NCBI GenBank assembly: GCA_963665845.2
Contig: OY762492.1
Span: forward strand, 1,408,001 to 1,472,000
Length of the DNA: 64,000 nt
Direction: 5' to 3'
DNA from: Candidatus Poribacteria bacterium
GTDB taxonomy: Bacteria; Poribacteria; WGA-4E; GCA-2687025
How positions within the stretch are numbered: position 1 is the first letter of the stretch; every line of letters begins with the position of its first letter. The notes beneath the pieces are model-generated. The model searched no databases and was not told the DNA's origin. It was given only the letters and a program-made list of their open reading frames with translations. Position numbers and translations under genes: made by a program. Below are positions 1 through 9,217 of the stretch, piece after piece.

Positions 1-1074
1 AACCGCCACGGCTGGACGCACCGCGACATCCTGCGGCTTGCGCATCCGCATGGTCCGTCGATCGGCGACGAGGTGAACGACATTTTCCGCTGGGTCGCGC
101 ACCCGGGCGAGTATGAAGCGAATGAGAACACGCCGGCGCCGCTGGGCGCGTTTTTGAAGCTGCAGAAGGCGGTCAACTCGAAGCAGGCGGCGCGGTTGAT
201 TGCCGAGAATCCCGCGCTGTCGCATGAGATGGTTCCGACGCATCTGAAAGACGCGCGCGTCTGGCAGGCGATCCTGGAGCGCGGCCTCGGCATGACGGCG
301 CTCATCCGCAATCTGCCGACGATGACGCGCGTTGGGCTGTTGAAGCCGATGTCGCGCCACGCGCAGCTGGCGGCGGAACGGCTGAACGACGCGGACGCGC
401 TCAAACGGCAGCGCGTTCATCCGATCAACCTGCTCATCGCCTACCGAACCTACGCGGCCGGCAAGTCGATTCGCGGGACGGCGGAATGGGAGCCGACGCA
501 GGAAATTGCGGAGGCGCTGCAGGCGGCGTTTTATGCGGCGTACAACAGCATCGAGACGCTGCCGAAGCGGGTTTATGTCGGCGTCGATGTGAGCGGGTCG
601 ATGGGGCATGCGCATCTGTGCGGCGTCCCTGGTTTCTCGCCGAGGGTCGCGTCGGCGGCGCTGGCGGTCTGCTATGCGCGGCAGTTTGAGCGCGCGGCGG
701 TATACGGTTTTTCAGACAAGATGAAAGACCTGCGGATTGGGGCGGGGACGACCATCGAAACGGCGATGGAACGCGCGGACGCGATGGACTTCGGCAGCAC
801 CGACTGCGCCATGCCGATGCTCCACGCGCTGGAGGCGGGCATTGAAGCGGACGCTTTCGTCATTTTGACCGACAACGAAACCTGGGCGGGCGATATACAC
901 CCCGCCGAGGCGCTGCGGAATTACCGCAAGCAAACGGGCATTGAGGCGAAGCTGGTCGTGTGCGGAATGGCGTCAACCGGGTTTTCGATTGCGGATCCGA
1001 AGGACGGCGGAATGCTGGATGTGGTCGGCTTCGACACGGCGGTTCCGCGCCTGATGGACGATTTTTTGGAATGA
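1..1074 (+). CDS. rsr: Ro60/TROVE-domain RNA-binding protein (Rsr), 5'-truncated by window edge
   Basis: Frame open from base 1 (NRHGWTHRDILRLAHP, Ro60 motif); MTALIRNL, HPINLL, vWA MIDAS DVSGSM, DAFVILTDNETWAG and MLDVVGFD motifs. Confidence 0.95.
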   Translation, partial: NRHGWTHRDILRLAHPHGPSIGDEVNDIFRWVAHPGEYEANENTPAPLGAFLKLQKAVNSKQAARLIAENPALSHEMVPTHLKDARVWQAILERGLGMTALIRNLPTMTRVGLLKPMSRHAQLAAERLNDADALKRQRVHPINLLIAYRTYAAGKSIRGTAEWEPTQEIAEALQAAFYAAYNSIETLPKRVYVGVDVSGSMGHAHLCGVPGFSPRVASAALAVCYARQFERAAVYGFSDKMKDLRIGAGTTIETAMERADAMDFGSTDCAMPMLHALEAGIEADAFVILTDNETWAGDIHPAEALRNYRKQTGIEAKLVVCGMASTGFSIADPKDGGMLDVVGFDTAVPRLMDDFLE

Positions 1075-1081
1075 TGAGCAG

Positions 1082-1205
1082 GGCGGGGCGAATGCAATTG
1101 GTTACCATAACCAACAGGTCGCAGGTTCGAATCCTGCCGTTCGCGCCAGCGGGCGTAGCTTAGGGGTAGAGCAGTTGGCCGCCGACTGCAAGCAACTTCC
1201 CCGCC
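1082..1205 (+). ncRNA. Bacterial Y RNA, YrlA-like (circularly permuted tRNA mimic)
   Basis: Starts 7 nt after the Ro60 stop; terminal stem GGCGGGG/CCCCGCC; GGCGAATG (GNCGAANG-type) motif; T arm GCAGG-TTCGAAT-CCTGC 1121-1137; acceptor-like stem 1138-1144/1149-1155; D arm 1158-1172; CCAAC/GTTGG stem. Confidence 0.88.
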
Positions 1206-1223
1206 TTCTTGTCATACGCTTCT

Positions 1224-2624
1224 CTAGGCGTTTTCTTTTGGTTGAGGGCGCGGCGGCGATCCCTTAGCGGCCATTTCCGCAATCAATGTCCAGATCAGCG
1301 ACAGCGCCAGGGCGGCTAAAAACGCCGCCAGCAGATTCACCGACAGGCGGGGGCGCGCCGGGCGCGTGTCCGGCTCCGCCCTGTCCAGCGCCTGAAAGAC
1401 AGCCTGCTCGCGTATTTCGTCCGCTTTTGCGATCTCATACTGCTGCTCCAAAAGCAGATACAGCGTCTCCTGAAGTTTCTTCTCGCGCGACAAACGCGCA
1501 TACTCCCGCTCCACATCCGGCAGCCGCTCCAGCGGCCCGACGCTCAAAAAATTGTCGCCGCTCTCGATCTGCGACAGCGACCTGTTCAGCTCCTCAATCT
1601 GCCGCTCCACCGCGCTCAGCAGCGGATTGCCGACGGCAGCCTTTGCGGCGGTCAAACGCTCCCGCTCAATTTTCACGCTCTCCAGCAGCGCTTGTATCTC
1701 GCCGGCGCGCAGCGCGATGGAGGCAACCTGGTCAGGCAGCGAGACGATGCCGCGCTCCCGCTTGAACTCCGCCAGCGCGTCTTCCGCCTCGCGCAGCTCC
1801 CGCTTCACCGCGTCGCGCCGCGCCTCGATGAACCGGCGGTGGCGCGACGATTCGGTCAACGCGGTCTCCTGAAAATACTTGTCCAGCTCGTCCGCAAAGG
1901 CGTTCGCCGCGTCCGCCGCCAGCTCGGCGCTGTCAGGAGCCTCAAAACGGATCGTCAACGCTAGGTTCTTGTCGGTCTGAACGACCAGCCCCTCCCGTAT
2001 TTTCGACACCGCTTCCCGCGCTTTTCGGTACCATGCCCACCGTATCTCCTCCAACGGATACGGCGCTTCCGGCAGGCTTTCAACGCCGACCGACTGCGCC
2101 ATGCGCCGCCGCAGCGCCTCCTCCGACATCGTCAAGATTCCCTCGTCAGGGCTTTCTTGCAGTCGCCCGTCCAAAACATCGGGATGCGCATACGCCAGCG
2201 CCAGCCCCGCTTTCTCTGGATCCAACAGCTGCTTAGCCGTCGCCGCGCCATGCCGCCGCTTCTCCGCCTCTAGATACCGCGCTGTCAAATCCAAGCGGCG
2301 CGCCACCGCATGCGCCATCCGGCGCGTCGTCAAGACCGCTGTCAGTTTCTTGTTTTCGGACGCGCCGATCCCTGGGACAAGCCCGCCCACGGGCGCCGTC
2401 TGTAAAAAGGGACTCAGCGCGTCCAGCGACGGACCCGACGAATCGACCGTCCGTATCGAAACAGAGGAGCGGTAGGTTTTAACCGCAAAAAAGAAGGTGT
2501 AGACGCAGGACGCGCCGACGCATACCGCAAAGATGAGCGCGATGGCAAGCCGCCGACGCCAGACGCTTTGGAGCAGCGCGGCTAAGGAGGGGTTGTTTCG
2601 GTCGGCGCCGTTCATCGTTTTCAA
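1224..2624 (-). CDS. Polysaccharide chain-length determinant (Wzz/GumC-like)
   Basis: N- and C-terminal TM segments, coiled-coil periplasmic region, C-terminal LDRAEPDTRPARP motif. Confidence 0.85.
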   Translation of the reverse strand: MKTMNGADRNNPSLAALLQSVWRRRLAIALIFAVCVGASCVYTFFFAVKTYRSSVSIRTVDSSGPSLDALSPFLQTAPVGGLVPGIGASENKKLTAVLTTRRMAHAVARRLDLTARYLEAEKRRHGAATAKQLLDPEKAGLALAYAHPDVLDGRLQESPDEGILTMSEEALRRRMAQSVGVESLPEAPYPLEEIRWAWYRKAREAVSKIREGLVVQTDKNLALTIRFEAPDSAELAADAANAFADELDKYFQETALTESSRHRRFIEARRDAVKRELREAEDALAEFKRERGIVSLPDQVASIALRAGEIQALLESVKIERERLTAAKAAVGNPLLSAVERQIEELNRSLSQIESGDNFLSVGPLERLPDVEREYARLSREKKLQETLYLLLEQQYEIAKADEIREQAVFQALDRAEPDTRPARPRLSVNLLAAFLAALALSLIWTLIAEMAAKGSPPRPQPKENA

Positions 2625-3451
2625 CGCTTCTGTCCAATATAGGTGTAATGGGTGAAAAACGGAGCCGCCCAGGACGGCAGCCGCCGCTCTAGGCGCTCAA
2701 AACGGCGCGCCCAGGCGGCGTTCGGCAACGCGCGAAAATACTCCACCCTCCTCTTCAGAACGCCGCATCGGGCGAATGCGCGCGACAGGCGCAGCGGGGT
2801 CAAAATGCGCTCGTTGCCGTAGGGGTGCTGGACGCCGTTTTCGTCCGTGTATGTTTTGATCGTTCGAAAACCGCGCTGCCGAAAAAAATTCAGCTGAATG
2901 AGAGGATTCCATGCGTTCGGCTCCGACGCCGCGGCATAACCCCCTGGCTTGATGAGAGAGGCGATCTTTTCAACCGCCTCCGCCCGCGGCTCAAGATGAT
3001 GAAAGGTCTGCTGCATCCAGACCGCGTCGAACGACTCCTTTTCCGTTGTCTCAAACAGGTTTCCGCGCCGAAACTCAACCTGTATCGGACGCCCGCTTCT
3101 TTCGCGCATCGTTTCAAGGCAGCGCGCGGCGGTTCGAAGCCTGTCGGCGCGCAGGTCCTGACCGACAACAGACGCCCCCGTCCGATACGCGACCCAGAGC
3201 GCCTCCATGCCGCATCCGCAGCCCAAGTCCAGCAGGCGAAACGTTTCCGCCGAGTTTGCCAGCTCCATCAACCGCTTCAACTGCCGAGAGTAATGCGCCT
3301 CAATATATCGATCCCAAAGACGCGCATAGCTGGCGTAGTATTTGTTAAAGGTGATCCGTTCGGCGCCGTCCAGCAGGGGCGATTTGAGCCATGCGCCGAG
3401 AAACTCCCCCGCCGTCGACGCCGCGAGCGGGTCGGCAGCGTCAGACTTCAC
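2621..3451 (-). CDS. Class I SAM-dependent methyltransferase
   Basis: LLDLGCGCG, FDAV...HHL and LIKPGG motifs. Confidence 0.88.
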   Translation of the reverse strand: MKSDAADPLAASTAGEFLGAWLKSPLLDGAERITFNKYYASYARLWDRYIEAHYSRQLKRLMELANSAETFRLLDLGCGCGMEALWVAYRTGASVVGQDLRADRLRTAARCLETMRERSGRPIQVEFRRGNLFETTEKESFDAVWMQQTFHHLEPRAEAVEKIASLIKPGGYAAASEPNAWNPLIQLNFFRQRGFRTIKTYTDENGVQHPYGNERILTPLRLSRAFARCGVLKRRVEYFRALPNAAWARRFERLERRLPSWAAPFFTHYTYIGQKR

Positions 3452-4589
3452 GGCGCGCCGTCTCTTTGTAAAGTTTCATATACATCTGCGCGGCGGCGCG
3501 TATGCCGTAGTTGCGTTTCACGCGGGCGCGCGCCGCCTCGCCAAGCGCCGCCCGTTCCGACGGCGCCATCGCAAAATAGCGGATCCAGGCGGCGGACATC
3601 GCCTCCAAGTTTCGGGGCGGGACGACAAACCCTGTCTCCCCGACAATCTGACGCGACTCGCCGACATCCGTCACTGCGCATGGAACGCCGCATGCCATCG
3701 CCTCCCCGACAACGTTCGGAAACCCTTCGCCGTAGGCGGAGGTCAACGCCATGAGATCGAAGGCGGGGTACACCTTCTCTGTGTCAGGGCGCTGACCGAT
3801 GAGGCGGAGCCGCTCCAGCATGCCTGCGCGCTGCGCCTCCGCGTTCAGCTGGGCGTTGGAGCTGTCCATGCCCTCGCCGCATAGAATAAAATGCGCGCTC
3901 GGCTGTTGTTCAAGAAGCCGCGCCGCCGACTGCAGAAAGTTGCCGAGATCCTTTTTCTCATGGTAACGGCACACGATGCCGACGACGGGGTAGGTCGGCT
4001 CTATGCGCAGTTCGCGCCGGAGTTTTACGCGCGCCTCTTGGTTCGGTTGAAATCTGCCCGTGTCGAACCCGTTCGGGATGACAGCGATCTTGTCCATCGG
4101 GTAGCCGAAGGCGGCGTGGCTGTCCGCGGCGGCGGTTGAGCAGGAGACGATGCGCGTCGGCAGCCTGTCGGACAAGGCGGCGCACGCTTTCATGACCGCC
4201 ATGGTGCGGCGCGGCAGCTCGTTCGGGTCGACGGAGCTTTGGCGGATGTTCCACACCACGCGGGGGCAGCCGGCAAATTTGGCGGCGATTCCGCCCATCA
4301 GGTCGGCGTGCGGCATCCATGTCTGTACGATATGCGGGCGAAACGCGCGAAGCTGGCGCGTCAAACGCCAGAAGGCGGACAAACTCGGCGCGGACGGGCG
4401 CATGTTGAGCGCAGCGAACGGCGCCCCCGCCTCATTCAGCAGCGGCGCGATGTCCTCATGGGCGGAGAGGCCGAAGACGCGCGGTTCAGCCTCCGCGCGG
4501 TCGGCGCTGCGCAGCAGTTTGACCAGCATCATCTGCGCGCCGCCGTACTCAAGGCTTGTGATGATATGGGCGATGCGGAGCGGTTTCAC
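3441..4589 (-). CDS. Glycosyltransferase family 4
   Basis: HIITSLEYGGAQ, IPNGFD and EGFPNVVGEAMACGVP motifs; GTG start at 4589 preferred because a -10 box lies at 4624-4629. Confidence 0.92.
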   Translation of the reverse strand: MKPLRIAHIITSLEYGGAQMMLVKLLRSADRAEAEPRVFGLSAHEDIAPLLNEAGAPFAALNMRPSAPSLSAFWRLTRQLRAFRPHIVQTWMPHADLMGGIAAKFAGCPRVVWNIRQSSVDPNELPRRTMAVMKACAALSDRLPTRIVSCSTAAADSHAAFGYPMDKIAVIPNGFDTGRFQPNQEARVKLRRELRIEPTYPVVGIVCRYHEKKDLGNFLQSAARLLEQQPSAHFILCGEGMDSSNAQLNAEAQRAGMLERLRLIGQRPDTEKVYPAFDLMALTSAYGEGFPNVVGEAMACGVPCAVTDVGESRQIVGETGFVVPPRNLEAMSAAWIRYFAMAPSERAALGEAARARVKRNYGIRAAAQMYMKLYKETARREV

Positions 4590-4792
4590 GCGCCTTTTTC
4601 TCCAGAGGCGTCTCTTGCGGTTTATTATAGCGCGCCGCCCTCTTTCCGTCATCTGCGCGCCCGCCGCCATAGCGCGGGCTGTCATTCCCGCCCTTGCGGT
4701 GAAACGTACGGGAATCTAGAGGCGCCGACAACGCCCGCGTTCACTCTTAGATTTGTCCCAGCTCTAAGGGTAAGGTCGGGAAGGAGAAACGG

Positions 4793-6031
4793 TTATTCTT
4801 TTAAACCAAAAATCTGTCGAAACAGCGCGATTTTATGCGCGTGTTCAGGGTCGTTTGCGTCGAACGATTTCAACGCGAGCGTCGGCTCATGGAGCAGCTT
4901 CTGAAGAATGCGCCGCGTCGCCTCATCCACCGCCTGCGCCTCCGCCGCCGACAAGCGGCGCGCAACCCGCTGCAGCTCCGCTTGACGCGCCTGTTCAAGC
5001 CGACTGCGCAGCTGCTTGACCGTTTCCGCCAACGGCAGCGCCGCGTGCCAGCGGCTCAATTGCGCCGTCTCCTGCTGAACGATCGCCTCCGCCGCCGGCA
5101 GCTCTTGACGCCGCCGCTCAAGGTTCCGGTCGATCTCCGCCCGCAGATCGTCCATCGCGTAAAGCCGCACATTCGCCATCTCCCGTATTTCAGGGTCAAT
5201 GTTGCGCGGATGGCTCAAATCGACCATCGACACAGGGCGCGAACGCAGCAATGTTTCCGCTTCGCCCCGCCGAACCAGGTAGTAAGGGGCGGCGCTGGCG
5301 CACACGATCCCGTCCGACGCCGCAAACAGTTCGCATTTTTGGGAAATTTCCGCCGCCTCGCCGCCCACTTCAGCCGCCAGACGCTCCGCGCGGGCAAGCG
5401 TTCGGCTCAATATCGTCAACCGACCGACGCCCCCCGAAACGAAACAACGGGCAACCTGTTCCCCGATTTCGCCTGTTCCGATCAGCAAAACGCGCTTCTC
5501 AGACAGATCGCCCAGATCGCGCTGGAGCGTCCCCCGCGCGATGGACGCGAGCGAGACGGTGCCGACGCCGACAGCCGTCTCGGAGCGGACGCGCTTCGCC
5601 GCATGGAGCGTTCGGTTGAACACCTCGTTGAAGAAGATGCCGGCGGCTCCGATCTCCCGCGCCCGATGAAACGCCTCCTTCACCTGACCCAGCACCTCGG
5701 TTTCGCCCAGAAGCATGGAGTCCAAGCCGGACGCGACGCGGAACAGATGCGACACCGCCGCTCGGTTCTCCAGCTCCATCCAGTAAGCGCTCACATTCGC
5801 GCCGCTGAATCGGCTCAACGCGGAATCTAGAATCTGCTTCAGCTGGGGAATCGGCAGACCGGCAAGATAAAACTCGGAACGGTTGCATGTGGAGACGGTC
5901 AACGCCTCCGGCGCGCCGGCGCGCTGCAGGGCGCGCATGATCTGCCCCGCCTCGTCGGAGGTCAACGCAAACCGCTCCCGCGCCTCCACAGGGGCGGTCC
6001 GATAATTGATGCCTCGAAAATAGCACTCCAC
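4793..6031 (-). CDS. hemA: Glutamyl-tRNA reductase
   Basis: STCNRSE catalytic Cys, LFRVASGLDSMLLGETEVLGQVK, PRNID. Confidence 0.96.
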   Translation of the reverse strand: MECYFRGINYRTAPVEARERFALTSDEAGQIMRALQRAGAPEALTVSTCNRSEFYLAGLPIPQLKQILDSALSRFSGANVSAYWMELENRAAVSHLFRVASGLDSMLLGETEVLGQVKEAFHRAREIGAAGIFFNEVFNRTLHAAKRVRSETAVGVGTVSLASIARGTLQRDLGDLSEKRVLLIGTGEIGEQVARCFVSGGVGRLTILSRTLARAERLAAEVGGEAAEISQKCELFAASDGIVCASAAPYYLVRRGEAETLLRSRPVSMVDLSHPRNIDPEIREMANVRLYAMDDLRAEIDRNLERRRQELPAAEAIVQQETAQLSRWHAALPLAETVKQLRSRLEQARQAELQRVARRLSAAEAQAVDEATRRILQKLLHEPTLALKSFDANDPEHAHKIALFRQIFGLKE

Positions 6032-6043
6032 GCGGTCTACGCC

Positions 6044-7111
6044 CTACGCGCCTGCGGGCGCGGCATGATCAGCGCGCTGCTGAGCCGCCCAAGCGTCGTA
6101 ATCTTCCGTGAAATACTCGACGCGCGTTTTTTTGAATTCGCGGGTCGAGTACAGCATCGCGTAGTTCTCAATGCCGGTCTTCTTCTGAACCTCCCGCGCA
6201 ATCGTCTCGCAATCCTCTTTCGATTTTCCGTGAATCATCGAGAACAGGTTGTAGGGCCAGTCGGGATAGGTCGGGCGCAGGTAGCAGTGGCTGATGTTGC
6301 GAAACTCCGACATGATGTCGCCGCACCGGTCGGCATCCTCCGGCGGAACCGCCCAGACCCCCATCGCGTTCGATCGGTACCCCGCCTTTTGATGCCGCAA
6401 AATCGCCGCGAACCGGCGAAGCATCTTGCGCTCTTTCAGGTCGTCCGCCATTGCAAACAGCTCCGCCTGCGTCAATCCCGCCGCTTCAGCCGGCTTCGCA
6501 AACGGCTCCGGAACATACTCGATCTGCTTCTGCATCTCGCGCACAAACCCCTTTTCTTTGTCGGTGAGGCGGGGATTCTGCGCCTGTATCGGCCGTCGGA
6601 AACCCTTGTCTTTCGACTTGACCGTCGCCGACATTTTGCCGGTCATGTCCAGTTTCACCCCGATCTTATACAGGATCAGCGTCGGCAGCATGCGGTACCG
6701 GACAGCGGGGGCGCCGCCGCACGCCTCCGCCAGATAGACAACATCCTCTTCGGGGTCTTTCTCCGGCGGCGTCGCAATGGTGAACCAGATATTGTACTCA
6801 TGGTTGCGTTCGTAGTTGTGGCTGACGCCGGGATGCTGATTGATGACGCGCGCGGCGGCGTTCACCCGCTCCTCTGGGACATGGAACGCGACAAGGCTGC
6901 TCTTGTACCCTAGCGCGCGCGTGTCAAAAATGGCGCTCACCTGACGCACAATGCCGCTGCGGTGCATCGCCTCCGCCCGCTCTATTGCCTCCCGCTCCGA
7001 GACGCCTGTCTGCTCCGCCATCTGTAAAAACGGACGCTCCGCAAGCGGGAAATCGTCCTGCATGATGTTCAGTAAAAGCCCGTCGATTTCGTCAACTTGC
7101 GGTTGTTTCAT
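6044..7111 (-). CDS. ahbAB: Siroheme decarboxylase, fused AhbA-AhbB (NirDL/GH-like)
   Basis: Two Lrp/AsnC-like modules: GVSHNYER..YNIWFT and ISHCYLRPTYPDWPYNLFSMIH. Confidence 0.9.
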   Translation of the reverse strand: MKQPQVDEIDGLLLNIMQDDFPLAERPFLQMAEQTGVSEREAIERAEAMHRSGIVRQVSAIFDTRALGYKSSLVAFHVPEERVNAAARVINQHPGVSHNYERNHEYNIWFTIATPPEKDPEEDVVYLAEACGGAPAVRYRMLPTLILYKIGVKLDMTGKMSATVKSKDKGFRRPIQAQNPRLTDKEKGFVREMQKQIEYVPEPFAKPAEAAGLTQAELFAMADDLKERKMLRRFAAILRHQKAGYRSNAMGVWAVPPEDADRCGDIMSEFRNISHCYLRPTYPDWPYNLFSMIHGKSKEDCETIAREVQKKTGIENYAMLYSTREFKKTRVEYFTEDYDAWAAQQRADHAAPAGA

Positions 7112-7133
7112 CGTTTCCTTCCATTCGCTTCCG

Positions 7134-7856
7134 TTATCCTCCCAGCGTGTCGATCACCTCTTCAATGGCGCCGCGCGCGCATGTGAAGATCGGAACATCC
7201 CGCTTGGTGTACTGGCTCGCTTCAGAATGCCGCAGCTCCATGACAAGGTCTAAAAAATCGTCCAGCCGATCCGTTTCAAACGCCACCACAAACTCCTGAT
7301 CGTCCAGCCCGAACGAATAGGTTGTGTTCAGTTTGACGCTCGGATATTGATGCCCGATCTCGATATGCTCGTTCATCATCCCTTGACGCGCATGCGCGGT
7401 CAACTTGTACCAGTCGCGCGTTTTTTCAAACGGGTACACGACCAGATATTTGCGGTCGCTCACCGAGATGGTCAGGCGCGAGCCTTCCTGCCCCGCATGC
7501 GTGTGCTTGTCGACATAGACGGAGCGCTTCGTCATCGCCAACTGCGAATGCGGAACGCTCAAATAACGCCCCAGCCCCGTCCGCGCCAGCGCCGTCGACA
7601 TCTCCACAAAATCTTCCAGCCTGTAGCTGATGCGCCAGAGCATGAAATCCACCTCGGCGCGCAAGCCGAAAAGCGTGTACGGGTACAGCAGCAGCCTGCC
7701 TTCAAATTCGCGGTAGACGGCGAGCCATTCGGCGGTCCCCGCTTCCCGTTCCTCTTTTGGGAGAAGGCGGAAGGCGGGATCCAGCTTGTAGTAGACAAAA
7801 TTCACAAATTGCCGCTTCTGCGGTTCGTCAGGGCTGTTCATCCCCGCTCCTTTCAT
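7134..7856 (-). CDS. chdC: Chlorite dismutase family protein, probable coproheme decarboxylase
   Basis: YPFEKTRDWY, MMNEHIEIG and YSFGLDDQEFVVAFE motifs; heme operon context. Confidence 0.8.
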   Translation of the reverse strand: MKGAGMNSPDEPQKRQFVNFVYYKLDPAFRLLPKEEREAGTAEWLAVYREFEGRLLLYPYTLFGLRAEVDFMLWRISYRLEDFVEMSTALARTGLGRYLSVPHSQLAMTKRSVYVDKHTHAGQEGSRLTISVSDRKYLVVYPFEKTRDWYKLTAHARQGMMNEHIEIGHQYPSVKLNTTYSFGLDDQEFVVAFETDRLDDFLDLVMELRHSEASQYTKRDVPIFTCARGAIEEVIDTLGG

Positions 7857-8938
7857 GTGGCGATTCTGGACGCCGCCGATGTTTCCGCCGCGGAGACTTC
7901 CAGCAACGCGCGCGCTTCGTCGGAACCTTCCTCAACGCCTTTGAACTTCATCGGCTCCTCATTAACGCCAAAGTTTTCGGCGTAAAGCGTCTCCAGCGCG
8001 GACAACTCTTCAGCCGACACATCCTCCTGATTTGGAGCCGCGGCAAACTCATCAATCTGCTCCGCGTTGTAAATGTTCGGCAGCGTCGACATGACGTTCG
8101 GGTCGGCAAGCAGCCATTTCAACGCCATCTGTCCGATGGTCGCCCCGTTTCGATTTTCCGCTAAAAAGCGCGCCTTTTCAAGTTTTTTCAAGCCGTTGAT
8201 GAGCCAAGAGCGCGGGCGGTGCCGCCGGTGGTCGTTTTTGTCAAAAACGGTGTTTTCCGTATAACGCCCCTCCAGAAGGCCGGACGAGTGCGGAACGCGG
8301 ACGAGAACGCCTGTCCCCGCCTCCGCCGCTTCTTCCGCCAAACGCTTCCCTGGATACTGCTCAAACAGGTTATAGATGATCTGTATCGAGTTGAGCCGAC
8401 GCCGCCGCAGAACCGCCGACCCCTCCACCAGCCACCCGTTCGACGGACCGAGAGCGGCGCCGTACGAACGTATCTTGCCCTCTTCCTTGAGCCGCTCCAG
8501 CGTTTCGTAGATGTCGTCGTTCATGACCGAGTCGGCTTTCAGGTTGTGCGCCTGATACAGATCAATCGCGCTTCGCCCAAGCCGTTTCAGGCTCTGTTCG
8601 CATGCGTACCGTATGTAGTCGGGGGTCCAGTTTTGGGGAAGTTCGCGCTGTCCGCGGGGTCCGTCGCCGTATTCGTAGATGTCGTATCCAAACTTTGTTC
8701 CGACAACGATTTCGTCCTGGCGCGTTTCAAACGCTTTGGCGAGTATCGTTTCGCCTTTGCCGCTTCCGTAAGTGTCTGCCGTGTCGAAGAAGTTGACGCC
8801 TCGGTCGAGCGCGCGGTTCAGCAGGCGCGCGGCTTCGGCGTCCGTATAGTCGCCCCACCAGCCTGCGCTGAGCGTCCACACGCCAAATCCGACCTCGGAG
8901 ACGGTCAGGTCGCTGTTTGGCACGGCGCGGTATTTCAT
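7853..8938 (-). CDS. Aldo/keto reductase
   Basis: FFDTADTYG and SLKRL...IDLYQAH motifs; start at 8938 chosen because a -10 box lies at 8975-8980. Confidence 0.92.
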   Translation of the reverse strand: MKYRAVPNSDLTVSEVGFGVWTLSAGWWGDYTDAEAARLLNRALDRGVNFFDTADTYGSGKGETILAKAFETRQDEIVVGTKFGYDIYEYGDGPRGQRELPQNWTPDYIRYACEQSLKRLGRSAIDLYQAHNLKADSVMNDDIYETLERLKEEGKIRSYGAALGPSNGWLVEGSAVLRRRRLNSIQIIYNLFEQYPGKRLAEEAAEAGTGVLVRVPHSSGLLEGRYTENTVFDKNDHRRHRPRSWLINGLKKLEKARFLAENRNGATIGQMALKWLLADPNVMSTLPNIYNAEQIDEFAAAPNQEDVSAEELSALETLYAENFGVNEEPMKFKGVEEGSDEARALLEVSAAETSAASRIAT

Positions 8939-9217
8939 CGTCAGCCCTTCCGTTTCATTTTCACTCAAGACATGATTATAGCGCCTCAACGCAAAAGCGC
9001 AAGTCCGATACTTCTGGGCGGTACGCTCATGTCGTCATTCCCTCCCCCCTTGAAAAGGGGGCTAGGGGGGTTTAAAGACGGGCGCGGCGGCTGCGATGCC
9101 TTAAGATTCCCGCTTACGCGGGAATGACAGCGACAGACGGCGCGAACGATTTAAGTGAAAATGAATATCTCCGCATGGCGTACCACCGCCCCCAGACCCA
9201 TGCTGTCATGTCTGCGC

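Noticed and set aside
1105-1178. Ordinary tRNA-Met gene or tRNA fragment marking an att site
   Set aside because: Halves are in permuted order inside a Ro-type stem next to Ro60; no integrase nearby
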